Below, piece by piece: positions 8,573-17,323 of a stretch of DNA of 64,000 bases. The stretch is from the NCBI GenBank assembly GCA_947165365.1, contig CAMVAF010000004.1, positions 289 to 64,288 on the forward strand, read 5' to 3'. The notes beneath the pieces were generated by a model. That model did not search any database and had not been told where the DNA came from. It saw nothing but the letters and a program-made list of their open reading frames with translations. The position numbers were made by a program, and so were the translations under genes. The first letter of the stretch is position 1; every line of letters begins with the position of its first letter. The DNA is from an uncultured Clostridia bacterium (GTDB lineage Bacteria; Bacillota_I; Bacilli_A; RF39; UBA660).

Positions 8573-9528
8573 TACCTGTCACCTCTATCTTTTTCTTTTA
8601 AAAAGGTGCGATAATGTTTTATTGCTTTTAAAATAAATTCTTCAATCCTATCATTTGTAATACTTGAAGGAAGTACCTCCCTTAATTTACTCTCGTTTAG
8701 TTTTAATTTAGGTATTTGATTTGGCTTTTCTTCTTCCATTATTTCATCAATACTATCTGAATCAAGTTTTCCTTCTTCACTTAATTTTCTTAATCTAATT
8801 GATTGTGCATGAGATGGAGTACAAGAATAAAATTCTATTGATCCTGCTAACATTTGTTGCTCATCTTTGTTTAAGTATGATATTTCAACAGCAGGTCTTA
8901 AAGCCATTTCTGGTTTTTCTCCTAAAAAAGCATTATCAACATATTGTAATAATGCGGGAATGAGTTCAGTTAATCTAACATATCTTCTTATTTGATCTTG
9001 GCTTTCACCAGCTTCTTCACCAATTATTTCTCGAGATGTTCTTAACTTCTGTGCCACTGGCACATAAGTTAAATCATTTCTCTTTCCTTGATGTTTTAAG
9101 GCATCTAACTTTAATTTATATGCATATGCTTTCTCACTTGGTAGTATTTGTTCTCTATGCATATTTGAATCTACCATATAAATAATTGCTTCATCATCTG
9201 ACATATCACGAATTAAACATGGTATTTTAGTAAATCCATTAAGCTCACATGCTTTTTTCCTTCTATGACCTGATATTATTTCATACCTATCATTATCTTT
9301 TTTTCTAACAATAATAGGTTCAAGTATTCCATTATCTTTAACACTTTCAGTTAGTTTTTTTAAATCTTCATTTTCTAATACTTTGAATGGATGATTAGGA
9401 AATTGATCTAGTAAAGAAATATCTATTTCTTCTACTTTTTCTTTTTTCATATCATCTCTTTCTTCTTGTGTTGTGAAGAAATCATCTATTTTGAATGGCA
9501 TCTTTATTTTGCTTTCTCTCTCGTCCAA
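8572..9528 (-). CDS. parB: ParB/Spo0J-like partition protein (318 aa; alternative start ATG 9501)
   Basis: ParB N-terminal domain ILEPIIVRKKDNDRYEIISGHRRKKACELNG and a downstream HTH region. It overlaps the parA end. Confidence 0.85.
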   Translation of the reverse strand: MDERESKIKMPFKIDDFFTTQEERDDMKKEKVEEIDISLLDQFPNHPFKVLENEDLKKLTESVKDNGILEPIIVRKKDNDRYEIISGHRRKKACELNGFTKIPCLIRDMSDDEAIIYMVDSNMHREQILPSEKAYAYKLKLDALKHQGKRNDLTYVPVAQKLRTSREIIGEEAGESQDQIRRYVRLTELIPALLQYVDNAFLGEKPEMALRPAVEISYLNKDEQQMLAGSIEFYSCTPSHAQSIRLRKLSEEGKLDSDSIDEIMEEEKPNQIPKLKLNESKLREVLPSSITNDRIEEFILKAIKHYRTFLKEKDRGDR

Positions 9529-10315
9529 TTTCTATCACCTCACTTGCAAAATTATCATAGCAATAACTTGCTTTATTATTTCTATCATAGGATAATATTG
9601 ATTTTCCTTCAGCCGTTGATTCTGCAACTTTAATTGCAGTTGGAATAACTGAATCAAATACTTTAAATACCATACCATGCTGACTTCTTAATTCACTTAT
9701 CATTTTTTTTGATAAATTAGTTCTATTATCTACCATAGTAATAAGTATTCCTATTCCACTTATATCCAAATTAGGATTGATTTTTTGTTTTACCTTTAAT
9801 ATAGTAGAAAGTAGATGATTCATTCCTTTTGCTGCTAAAAACTGTGATTGAACGGGAATAATAACCTTATCACTAGCTGCTAAAGAATTTATTGTAATCA
9901 TACCTAAACTTGGCATACAATCAATAATTATATAATCATAATTTTCTCTTAATGGAGTTAAAACATTTTTCAAAGTGTTTTCTCTACTCATTACATTAAC
10001 AAGTTCTATTTCTAAAGATGATAATTCCAAATTTGATGGAATAACATCTACACCTTCCGCATGATGTAATATGGTATCATTATAATTTAATTCTTTATCA
10101 TTAATGACCTCATTCATAAGACTTGCTAAAGTATTAGGAATATCATCAGGATTTTGCCAACCCATACAAGTTGTTAAATCTCCTTGTGGATCTGCATCAA
10201 CTAACAATACTCTTTTACCTTTATTTTTTAATGCTACACCTAAATTAAAAGATGTAGTAGTTTTACCCACTCCACCTTTTTGATTGGCTATTGAAATTAT
10301 TTCACATTTTGTCAT
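9482..10315 (-). CDS. parA: ParA/Soj-type partition ATPase (277 aa)
   Basis: Deviant Walker A IANQKGGVGKTTTSFNLG and the DCMPSLG motif. The stop codon is TGA (9482-9484). Confidence 0.9.
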   Translation of the reverse strand: MTKCEIISIANQKGGVGKTTTSFNLGVALKNKGKRVLLVDADPQGDLTTCMGWQNPDDIPNTLASLMNEVINDKELNYNDTILHHAEGVDVIPSNLELSSLEIELVNVMSRENTLKNVLTPLRENYDYIIIDCMPSLGMITINSLAASDKVIIPVQSQFLAAKGMNHLLSTILKVKQKINPNLDISGIGILITMVDNRTNLSKKMISELRSQHGMVFKVFDSVIPTAIKVAESTAEGKSILSYDRNNKASYCYDNFASEVIEIGRERKQNKDAIQNR

Positions 10316-10480
10316 TTTCCCTCCTTTTATTTTGAAGGAAGTGTTTTATCAAAGATTATAATTTTTACATTTATTTTTATTTCAATTTAATGGCACTTTT
10401 TTTAACTACTTCTATTAGATGTATAAGTGACCTTAAAAAAAATCTTGTGCCGAAAATTGTGCCCAAATTAAAAATAAATG

Positions 10481-10530
10481 GTGATATTTGGTGATATTTT
10501 ATGATATTTTGATAATTTTTGATGTTTTCT
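10481..10530. repeat. five phased 10-bp direct repeats (iteron/arm-site-like)
   Basis: GTGATATTTG GTGATATTTT ATGATATTTT GATAATTTTT GATGTTTTCT, with an exact 10-bp period. TTGTGCC also occurs twice, at 10445-10451 and 10457-10463. Confidence 0.6.
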
Positions 10531-10584
10531 AAAACCCTTGTAAAATAAGGGCACGAGCTGATTTTTCATTACCCCTTATTATGT

Positions 10585-10629
10585 TTCATACCCAATAGGT
10601 CGAGGGTTCGACCCCCCCTCTCGCTACCA
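10585..10629 (+). other. 3' half of a tRNA(CAT)-like gene, anticodon loop to CCA, with no 5' half: probable att junction of the integrated element
   Basis: TTCATAC (anticodon loop, CAT), CCAAT, AGGTC (variable loop), GAGGG-TTCGACC-CCCCC (T arm with one A.C mismatch), TCTCGCT-A-CCA. No complementary 5' acceptor strand ([AG]G[CT]G[AG]G[AG]) or D arm is found upstream. Confidence 0.55.
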
Positions 10630-10638
10630 TATAAAATC

Positions 10639-10668
10639 AAAAGATTACGAAATTCGTAATCTTTTTTC
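10639..10668. terminator. bidirectional rho-independent terminator
   Basis: AAAAGATTACG / CGTAATCTTTT perfect stem, followed by a T-run on the plus strand. Confidence 0.7.
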
Positions 10669-10679
10669 ATATATTCATG

Positions 10680-11033
10680 ATATAAATTATTTATTTACTG
10701 GTATATTTACCAGCTTTATTGATAATCACAGAAGTATTATCAATTAACTGATATTCGAGTGACGTATACTTAAATACAATAAAATCAAATGTTTTGAATA
10801 ATTCTTGAGCAGATGTGACCTGCTCCCACCACTTAACATAGTTAGAAGTGGGGGCTTCCCTCTTAAGTAATATATATTATTACATACAAGTAACGACAGT
10901 TGGTCCAACCACCGATGTTTTTTTATATAGCAAACATAGCTATTTGTTTATCCATTTCTTTTTGAAAAAATAATTTCATTCCTTCTTCTGCAATATTTAT
11001 TGCAGCATTAACGTCTTTCATACCTAAATACTC
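10680..11033 (-). mobile_element. IS200/IS605-family remnant: TnpB C-terminal stub plus structured omega-RNA/right-end-like region
   Basis: See the pseudogene at 10923-11033. Downstream on the minus strand are GC-rich stems 10807-10825 (GAGCAG/CTGCTC) and 10825-10854, and a subterminal hairpin CTGGTA-TATT-TACCAG (10698-10713). Confidence 0.5.
10923..11033 (-). pseudogene. tnpB: TnpB (IS605 OrfB) C-terminal fragment, last ~37 codons
   Basis: Translation EYLGMKDVNAAINIAEEGMKLFFQKEMDKQIAMFAI*. D-x-N-A-A-x-N-I is the third RuvC motif of TnpB/Cas12-type nucleases. There is no upstream zinc finger or RuvC I/II, and the frame closes at 11070. Confidence 0.55.
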
Positions 11034-11034
11034 T

Positions 11035-11580
11035 TTATCTTTGTTTATATATAATAGTAGCTCCCAAATTTAATTGATATTCCTTATCATTTTGAAGACT
11101 AACATTACTATCATATGTAACTGTTACATTAAATACTTGTTTATCTTTAGTCTTAATAATACTTCCATCATGATCATCAGTATGAAGAATTGATGAATCA
11201 ATTGGAGTTACAACATATGTTATATTTTCACTATCATTATTAGATAATCCAGATAGTGCTATAGCGTATAATTCTCCTTTTAATACACTAGTGTTTTCTA
11301 CAGTTATATTAAAACTTATTTCATCCCCTGGTTTTAAAAGCACAGTATTAAAATCAATTGTTGTACCGATACTAGCAACTTCTCCTATTACCAAGGCTGA
11401 ACCTGATGTTCTAATTTCACCAATATCAGTAATATTTATTCCCCATTGATCACCAGATACAGTATTTTTACCACTATAACCTATATCAACATAAGCATAA
11501 GATGAACTAACACGCCATATCAAAATTACAGATAAAACAATAATAATCATTAAAAATATATATCTTTTTTGTATTTTCAT
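11035..11580 (-). CDS. secreted protein with SipW-type leader, TasA/camelysin-like (181 aa)
   Basis: GGAGGG RBS before the ATG at 11580. Leader MKIQKRYIFLMIIIVLSVILIWRVSSSYA/YVD, then the beta-rich LLKPGDEISFNITVENTSVLKGELY (compare TasA NLKPGDKLTKDFQFENNGSL, recalled from memory). Confidence 0.55.
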   Translation of the reverse strand: MKIQKRYIFLMIIIVLSVILIWRVSSSYAYVDIGYSGKNTVSGDQWGINITDIGEIRTSGSALVIGEVASIGTTIDFNTVLLKPGDEISFNITVENTSVLKGELYAIALSGLSNNDSENITYVVTPIDSSILHTDDHDGSIIKTKDKQVFNVTVTYDSNVSLQNDKEYQLNLGATIIYKQR

Positions 11581-11628
11581 TACATTCCCTCCATTTGAAT
11601 AAAAGTTCTTCATCAAGAAGAACCTTTA

Positions 11629-12621
11629 TTATACCACTTTTTTTGCAGAAAAATCATCATTATTTACAAAAGGACTTTTTAAAAGGGCATCTCTTTCTTT
11701 AATTAATGCTTTTAATTCTTCTTGTAAATTATCATAACGTCTTGTTTCATCAAGAATTTCAGCCTTAGCATCTTTTAACATACTTAAGGTATTTTCAAGA
11801 ACTTTTTGTTCTTGAGCTTCTTTCTCTTTTTTTATTCTCTCAAGCGTTTCACGAACATTAGCTACCTCTGCTTCAAGTGACGCATTAACAGCTTTAGCTT
11901 TTTCCTTTTCCTCATTTGCTACACCAAGTTTACTGATAGCCTCTTGCAACTTAACACTTATTTCATCATCTTTAAATCCATCATCACCATGAACAAGTTT
12001 TGTATAAAGATTAGGATCTCCACCCATATTTTGTTCATTATTTTTCTCTTCACCATGAAGACTCTCTCTTGTTAATGGAGATTGTTCCTTATCATTTATT
12101 AATGATTCATATGGATTAACTACCTCTTTCTCTATAAATCTTTCAGGAGTATTTATAATATTATTAGATGGTTCTTCTTTTAAATCAATCTTTGCAAGTT
12201 CACCAGTTCTTTCAAGTCTTGACATACGAGTATCATTTAAAGGTTTTTGTAATTCCTTTAATTCATTTAAAGTTATATTTGGTTCTGGCATCTCTAATTC
12301 AACTTGAGGTTTATGATTATCAAAATACTTCCTACTTTTATTAGCAACAATTTCACTAACTTTTAGTTTTCTTGTGCCATTCTTATGACTAACATTATTA
12401 TCAAAATTAATAACCTCAACATTATCTAAAGAATTATTATCTTGTTTTACTGTTATGTTATTTATATTACTAGCAGATACATTATTTTGATTATTTTTAT
12501 TTTCAGCTAATGATGTTTTGTATTTAAATACTAATTTATCTCTTTTAACAGTTGATAATTTTGCGACCTTATTACCAGTTCTTAATGCTTTTTGAGGAAA
12601 TTCAACTATTGTATTATCCAT
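11629..12621 (-). CDS. coiled-coil hypothetical protein (330 aa)
   Basis: AGGAGG lies 9 nt before the ATG at 12621. Low-complexity N/S-rich N-terminal half and a C-terminal coiled coil (EEKEKAKAVNASLEAEVANVRETLERIKKEKEAQEQK). Confidence 0.5.
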   Translation of the reverse strand: MDNTIVEFPQKALRTGNKVAKLSTVKRDKLVFKYKTSLAENKNNQNNVSASNINNITVKQDNNSLDNVEVINFDNNVSHKNGTRKLKVSEIVANKSRKYFDNHKPQVELEMPEPNITLNELKELQKPLNDTRMSRLERTGELAKIDLKEEPSNNIINTPERFIEKEVVNPYESLINDKEQSPLTRESLHGEEKNNEQNMGGDPNLYTKLVHGDDGFKDDEISVKLQEAISKLGVANEEKEKAKAVNASLEAEVANVRETLERIKKEKEAQEQKVLENTLSMLKDAKAEILDETRRYDNLQEELKALIKERDALLKSPFVNNDDFSAKKVV

Positions 12622-12633
12622 AACCATTACCTC

Positions 12634-12900
12634 CTATTCTGTTTTTGATAATTCACGAAGAACACCCTTAATTCTTGCCCATTCACTATCATCTGACACT
12701 GTTTCAAGTGTTACTTCATCACCATTTCTTAAAACATTAGAAATATAAATAGTTACATTACCATTTTCATCAACTTCATTTTTCGTATAAATAACATATT
12801 CTTTTCCATTATCATTAAATTTAAAAGCTAAAAGTACTTCTACTTCTTCTTGCGTTCCATCTGGGTTTGTTGTTTTCATCATGTTCTTATTATCATTCAT
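12634..12900 (-). CDS. DUF1292 (YrzB/UPF0473)-like small protein
   Basis: EEVEVLLAFKFNDNGKEYVIYTKNEVDENGNVTIYISNV...DDSEWARIKGVL pattern. AAAGGAGAG RBS before the ATG at 12900. Confidence 0.55.
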   Translation of the reverse strand: MNDNKNMMKTTNPDGTQEEVEVLLAFKFNDNGKEYVIYTKNEVDENGNVTIYISNVLRNGDEVTLETVSDDSEWARIKGVLRELSKTE

Positions 12901-12953
12901 CTTAATCTCTCCTTTACCATCTATAACCATTGTACCAGTTAATTATATATTTT

Positions 12954-13238
12954 TCAACCTTTTTTTACTTTTTTTAACACAAAATATTTGCATTCATAAG
13001 CACAAAGATTTTTTAAATAGTCATTTTTAGTATTAAAATCATTTATTTTACTATATCTTTTGTTATTCTTATCACAAAAACCTTTTAACCTTAACTTATT
13101 ATAAGAATAGTCTCCTAGGATATAATCAAAGTCATAAAAGTAATCAGTATATTTCTCTTTAAAATCATTTTCAATAAACCCATCTTTATATTCTTCAATT
13201 AAATCATATTCTTTATTATCAACGATAATTTTCTTCAT
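12954..13238 (-). CDS. YutD (DUF1027)-like protein (94 aa)
   Basis: YDLIEEYKDGFIENDFKEKYTDYFYDFDYILGDYSYNKLRLKGF matches the YutD pattern recalled from Bacillus. Confidence 0.55.
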   Translation of the reverse strand: MKKIIVDNKEYDLIEEYKDGFIENDFKEKYTDYFYDFDYILGDYSYNKLRLKGFCDKNNKRYSKINDFNTKNDYLKNLCAYECKYFVLKKVKKG

Positions 13239-14938
13239 TATTTGTACTCCTTCTTATAAGCATCTTTTTGATTATTATACTTTTTAATATTATTAGCGTA
13301 ACTATACGCATTCCATGGCATATAACCACCATCAAGTCCATTATCAAACAAAGCTTTTATTTGTTTTTCAAGTTCTGTTCCATTATAACTCATTTTTGTA
13401 CCACTAGATGCAACAGGAGTATTATAAGCTGTAATCCATGTTCTTGCTACAGCAGGATTAGCTGTTAATTTTTGTTCCTTACTAGCAGTCTTTGCCCAAA
13501 AATTCATCGTATCATATGGATATAACCATGGTTCATAGTGACCTCCATAATTTTTTCCAAAATGATCTGTATAAGGCATTGCCGATATTACATCAACTAC
13601 TGTACTAATAGCCGGCCAATACTGTCCATAACTTGTTATATAACCACTACCATAACTAGATTCTCCAAAAACATCAGCAGATACATAAACATTTAATTTA
13701 TGTAGTTCATTTGTCGCATACATTAAAAATCTTTGAATAGCTTCAGCTTTTGTTTCATTATAAGTATTATAAAAATTTACTGTTTTCTTTTTTTCCATAG
13801 ATATTAATCCATCTGGAAATCTCACATAATCAAATTGAATTTCATTAAATCCCATAAGTTCTACTGCTTCACGAGCTAACTTTATATCATACTCCCAGAC
13901 ATCACGATTAAAAGCACTTGGCCAATAACTACTTTGATGTTTCAAAGGATTACCACTACTATTTGTAATTGCTTGATCTTTATTATCTTGGACATAATAA
14001 GTATCTTTAAAAGCTGTTATTCTTCCAATTACATAAAATCCATTATCTTTAAGTTTTTTTATAGCTTCTTTATAAGCATCTACACTATTATTAGCATGCT
14101 TAAAACTAGTTGGTGATTCTTTTTCCATCAAAGGTGATGCATAACCAACATTTACATCATCAATAATATCAACAACAAATGAATTTATTTTTGTTTCCTT
14201 TGCTAAATCAATATATTTATCGACATTTTTCATTGTTTCTTTTGTTCCATTTAAATATAATGCATATACTGGATTTGGCATCACATTATTTTCAAACTTT
14301 GGTTTATCAACAGGAAAATAATCAAGACTCGCTCCATTTCCACCTAAATAAACATCTTTTTGTTTACTATGAAATTCATAAGCTCCATTATAGTCATAAT
14401 TTACTTTAGCAAGTTCTTCGGTTTTTTCTGTATATTTTTGATAGAAATATCCTTCGGTATCATTATATTTAACTTTATACATATTAACAACACCATCATC
14501 ATCTAATTTATCAAATCCAATAATATCTAATTTATCACCCTTTTTAGCTAAAGTTAATAAACTAGTGTCATCAACATCTTTTTTCAAATTATAACTAGTT
14601 CTTACATAAACCTCTTTTTCTGTAACAACATCATTATAATCTTTTGTTAAATTACCAACTGCTACAAAATAATCTTGATCATTATATTTAATTTTACTAC
14701 TATCTTCTGTATCTTTATTTATATATACTGATACTTTAGAACCACGTGATAATTCTAATACTTTATTACCATCTTTATCTAAAAGTGGTACTTTATCACC
14801 ATTTGATTTAATATATCTTACTTCTAATTGATCATGACCACTAAATTTAGTATATAAAAATACTCCCCCACCAATAAGTAGAACTATTAAAAACAATTTC
14901 AAAAATGATTTCTTTTTAACTTTTCTTTTCTTTGACAT
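13238..14938 (-). CDS. membrane-anchored putative glycoside hydrolase, DUF4015-type TIM barrel (566 aa)
   Basis: N-terminal TM segment, then YALYLNGT, NSFVVDIIDD, GRITAFKD and NEIQFDYVRFPDG motifs. Confidence 0.6.
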   Translation of the reverse strand: MSKKRKVKKKSFLKLFLIVLLIGGGVFLYTKFSGHDQLEVRYIKSNGDKVPLLDKDGNKVLELSRGSKVSVYINKDTEDSSKIKYNDQDYFVAVGNLTKDYNDVVTEKEVYVRTSYNLKKDVDDTSLLTLAKKGDKLDIIGFDKLDDDGVVNMYKVKYNDTEGYFYQKYTEKTEELAKVNYDYNGAYEFHSKQKDVYLGGNGASLDYFPVDKPKFENNVMPNPVYALYLNGTKETMKNVDKYIDLAKETKINSFVVDIIDDVNVGYASPLMEKESPTSFKHANNSVDAYKEAIKKLKDNGFYVIGRITAFKDTYYVQDNKDQAITNSSGNPLKHQSSYWPSAFNRDVWEYDIKLAREAVELMGFNEIQFDYVRFPDGLISMEKKKTVNFYNTYNETKAEAIQRFLMYATNELHKLNVYVSADVFGESSYGSGYITSYGQYWPAISTVVDVISAMPYTDHFGKNYGGHYEPWLYPYDTMNFWAKTASKEQKLTANPAVARTWITAYNTPVASSGTKMSYNGTELEKQIKALFDNGLDGGYMPWNAYSYANNIKKYNNQKDAYKKEYK

Positions 14939-15015
14939 AATATCCTCACTATCCCATATAATTTAGTATAACATATATTTTATTTTTTCAAATAAATCAA
15001 ACACTTTTTGACAAT

Positions 15016-15495
15016 TTAATTGATTCCCTTAACAATATCTTTACCATCTAAATCAATCTTACTAACACAGCTTCCGATACTATTACCCTCTATTTTTCTT
15101 TTACTACCAACCAAATAAATACAATAATTAATCATACCACTGTTATCTTTGAAATATCTTACATATGATGATGAATTATATGAACCACCATCAGGATCAT
15201 TTTTTATATCTTTATTTTTATTTAAATAATCAAACTTAAAAGTACATGTTTTCGTTGAATTAACACATTGATAATCAGTAGTATTATTACCATAATCAAT
15301 AAAGTTTTTAATATCATAACTTGAATTAACATTCATTTCTGCAAGAGAAATTAACTTTTTAGCATCATCAATCATATTATCTTTTTTAATATTATCTACA
15401 ATCCCTATTATATTAGGTATTGCAACTAAAGATAATATTCCTATTATAGCTACTACTGCTAATAATTCTGTTAATGTAAAACCTTTCTTATTCAT
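15016..15495 (-). CDS. type IV pilin/pseudopilin-like protein (159 aa)
   Basis: Class III leader MNKKG/FTLTELLAVVAIIGILSLVAIPN (G-1, F+1, E+5). The C-terminal region contains Cys pairs. Confidence 0.8.
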   Translation of the reverse strand: MNKKGFTLTELLAVVAIIGILSLVAIPNIIGIVDNIKKDNMIDDAKKLISLAEMNVNSSYDIKNFIDYGNNTTDYQCVNSTKTCTFKFDYLNKNKDIKNDPDGGSYNSSSYVRYFKDNSGMINYCIYLVGSKRKIEGNSIGSCVSKIDLDGKDIVKGIN

Positions 15496-15520
15496 AATAA
15501 CCTTCTTTCTATATTTATTA

Positions 15521-17323
15521 TTACAATCCTACTACATAAGGATCTGTCTCTGTACCAGAACCTGATTTAATTTTAACCGTCGATTTCAAGTGAAGTGTAG
15601 GACGAGCAGCTTCTAACTGTGTTCTCTCAAAATATGTTGCCTCTCCATCAGGTTTAATCCCCCAAACCATCCAACCTGAATGAATATTCATTAAATACAT
15701 ATCCATTGAATTAGAAGAACCACTTGACTGTTGAGCAGCAAACAACTCACCATATCTAGGTAATCCTATATCAAAAAATCCCTTATCATTTGTTTTATCA
15801 CAATCTTTTGTATTTCCACTAGTTGTATTAGCACATACAGACAATTTATAATTCTTATCATACAATTGACCATCACTTCCTAAATAATATAGATTACTAT
15901 CAAATAGTTCTCCATAAGTTGTTTTTAAATTTGGTAGATATTCATCATTTAAATATGTATACCATGTATTTTCACCAGTTGTCGTTCCACTTCCCCACAA
16001 ATTATACGTACCAGTTACATGATCATAATACTTTCGATCTTTATTATTAGCGTAATCTAAGGCAATTATTTTCGTTTTATTATCTTCAACACTAATAATT
16101 CTAAATAATTGTTCATTATTACCACTTTTAAGTTTTACATACTCTCCACTAATTCTTGTATTAATTAAATCATTAGGTTTACCTATTTCTATATCGCCAA
16201 CTACTATATAAGGATTATTTACACCTCCACTTCCAGTAAAATTAAGACCTGCTTTAAAAACAATTGAAGGACGAGTACCATAGACCCAAACTGATCCTGT
16301 ACCACTACATGAACCTGTTTCATCAACACGATAAACTTCAGTCGTGTTAGATGGATTTAATAATCGCCAGTAGTATTTATTGTTAAGATATCCATGACTA
16401 TAACTATTTAAATTACGATAACTATTATAATATTCAAAAGAGTTTAATAATCCAACATTGGTAGATACCAAAGTTGATTCGGCTGGTTTAGTGCTTCTAC
16501 TAACTGTTTGTGTAGCATTCCACTGTTTTGTGGTATCAATAAACTCACTTGCATTATATAAGGTAGGATAAAACTCTTCATTTAACCAATTATACATATA
16601 TGAATTTTCAAAATTTACATTACCATATTCATTAAAAGCAATTGATGTTATATTATTTTCTGTTACAAGTTTCATTGCTCCATCAGGATAAATGGCTGTT
16701 ATTCTCCAAAGTTTTCCTGAATACCATACATAATTAAAATTAACGCAATCATTAGTTCCAGAGAAATACTTTATTCCATCTTCTTCATATATAATATTAG
16801 AACATGTTCCAGTTTTTGGTACTTTTTTAAGAATCAAATCTCCCATACTTACACTTGGGTTTATCTCATAATAATCTAAATGAGCTACTGTATGTTCTTT
16901 ATTATCTATCAATATTAAAGTAGGATTATCTTCTTCTTTATGTTTTTTTAAATAATCATAAACTTCCTTATATGAACTAAAACCTTCTATATTATTTTTT
17001 ATACTATCTGTATAAAATAAATCATAATTAGTAAGTTCCATTTGAGTCATTAGATTATTGCAATAATCTTCATCTTTAAAATCACTACAAACTATATTTT
17101 TAAAACTATTATTTGTTAAAGTATCCTTTAATTTATTATCTTTTTGAATAGCAAGTCTTATATTATATAATTTATAGACAATATCAATATTATTTTCTCT
17201 TATTACTAAATCATTATAAGTACCAATAAGTGGTAATACACTAACATATAAAAAAGTAAATATTCCTGCACAAAAAACGATTACCGCTAGTGTCTCCATC
17301 ATAAAAAACCCTTTTTTATTCAT
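15521..17323 (-). CDS. large prepilin-leader protein with two C-terminal DUF6273-like modules (600 aa)
   Basis: Leader MNKKG/FFMMETLAVIVF (E at +5). Two modules end in TRPSIVFKAGLNFTGSGGVNNPYIVVG and ARPTLHLKSTVKIKSGSGTETDPYVVG. The start overlaps the rnc stop by 8 nt. Confidence 0.7.
   Translation of the reverse strand: MNKKGFFMMETLAVIVFCAGIFTFLYVSVLPLIGTYNDLVIRENNIDIVYKLYNIRLAIQKDNKLKDTLTNNSFKNIVCSDFKDEDYCNNLMTQMELTNYDLFYTDSIKNNIEGFSSYKEVYDYLKKHKEEDNPTLILIDNKEHTVAHLDYYEINPSVSMGDLILKKVPKTGTCSNIIYEEDGIKYFSGTNDCVNFNYVWYSGKLWRITAIYPDGAMKLVTENNITSIAFNEYGNVNFENSYMYNWLNEEFYPTLYNASEFIDTTKQWNATQTVSRSTKPAESTLVSTNVGLLNSFEYYNSYRNLNSYSHGYLNNKYYWRLLNPSNTTEVYRVDETGSCSGTGSVWVYGTRPSIVFKAGLNFTGSGGVNNPYIVVGDIEIGKPNDLINTRISGEYVKLKSGNNEQLFRIISVEDNKTKIIALDYANNKDRKYYDHVTGTYNLWGSGTTTGENTWYTYLNDEYLPNLKTTYGELFDSNLYYLGSDGQLYDKNYKLSVCANTTSGNTKDCDKTNDKGFFDIGLPRYGELFAAQQSSGSSNSMDMYLMNIHSGWMVWGIKPDGEATYFERTQLEAARPTLHLKSTVKIKSGSGTETDPYVVGL

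Noticed and set aside
10481-10530. A CRISPR-like array (also considered for the 66-nt repeats at 26610-26970 and the 16-bp tandem at 60700-60731).
   Set aside because: The units are contiguous with no spacers (10 bp and 16 bp), or are in-frame coding LRR repeats. No cas genes are present.
10316-10629. tmRNA (ssrA) ending at the TTCGA...ACCA motif.
   Set aside because: Position 70 of the acceptor strand is G, so no G3:U70 Ala identity is possible. There is no GGGG 5' end and no tag reading frame ending in hydrophobic Ala-rich codons. The upstream DNA is simple AT-rich repeats.
15016-17323. A complete type IV pilus or competence pseudopilus operon.
   Set aside because: Only two prepilin-leader genes are present. 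No assembly ATPase, platform protein or prepilin peptidase is anywhere in the window.
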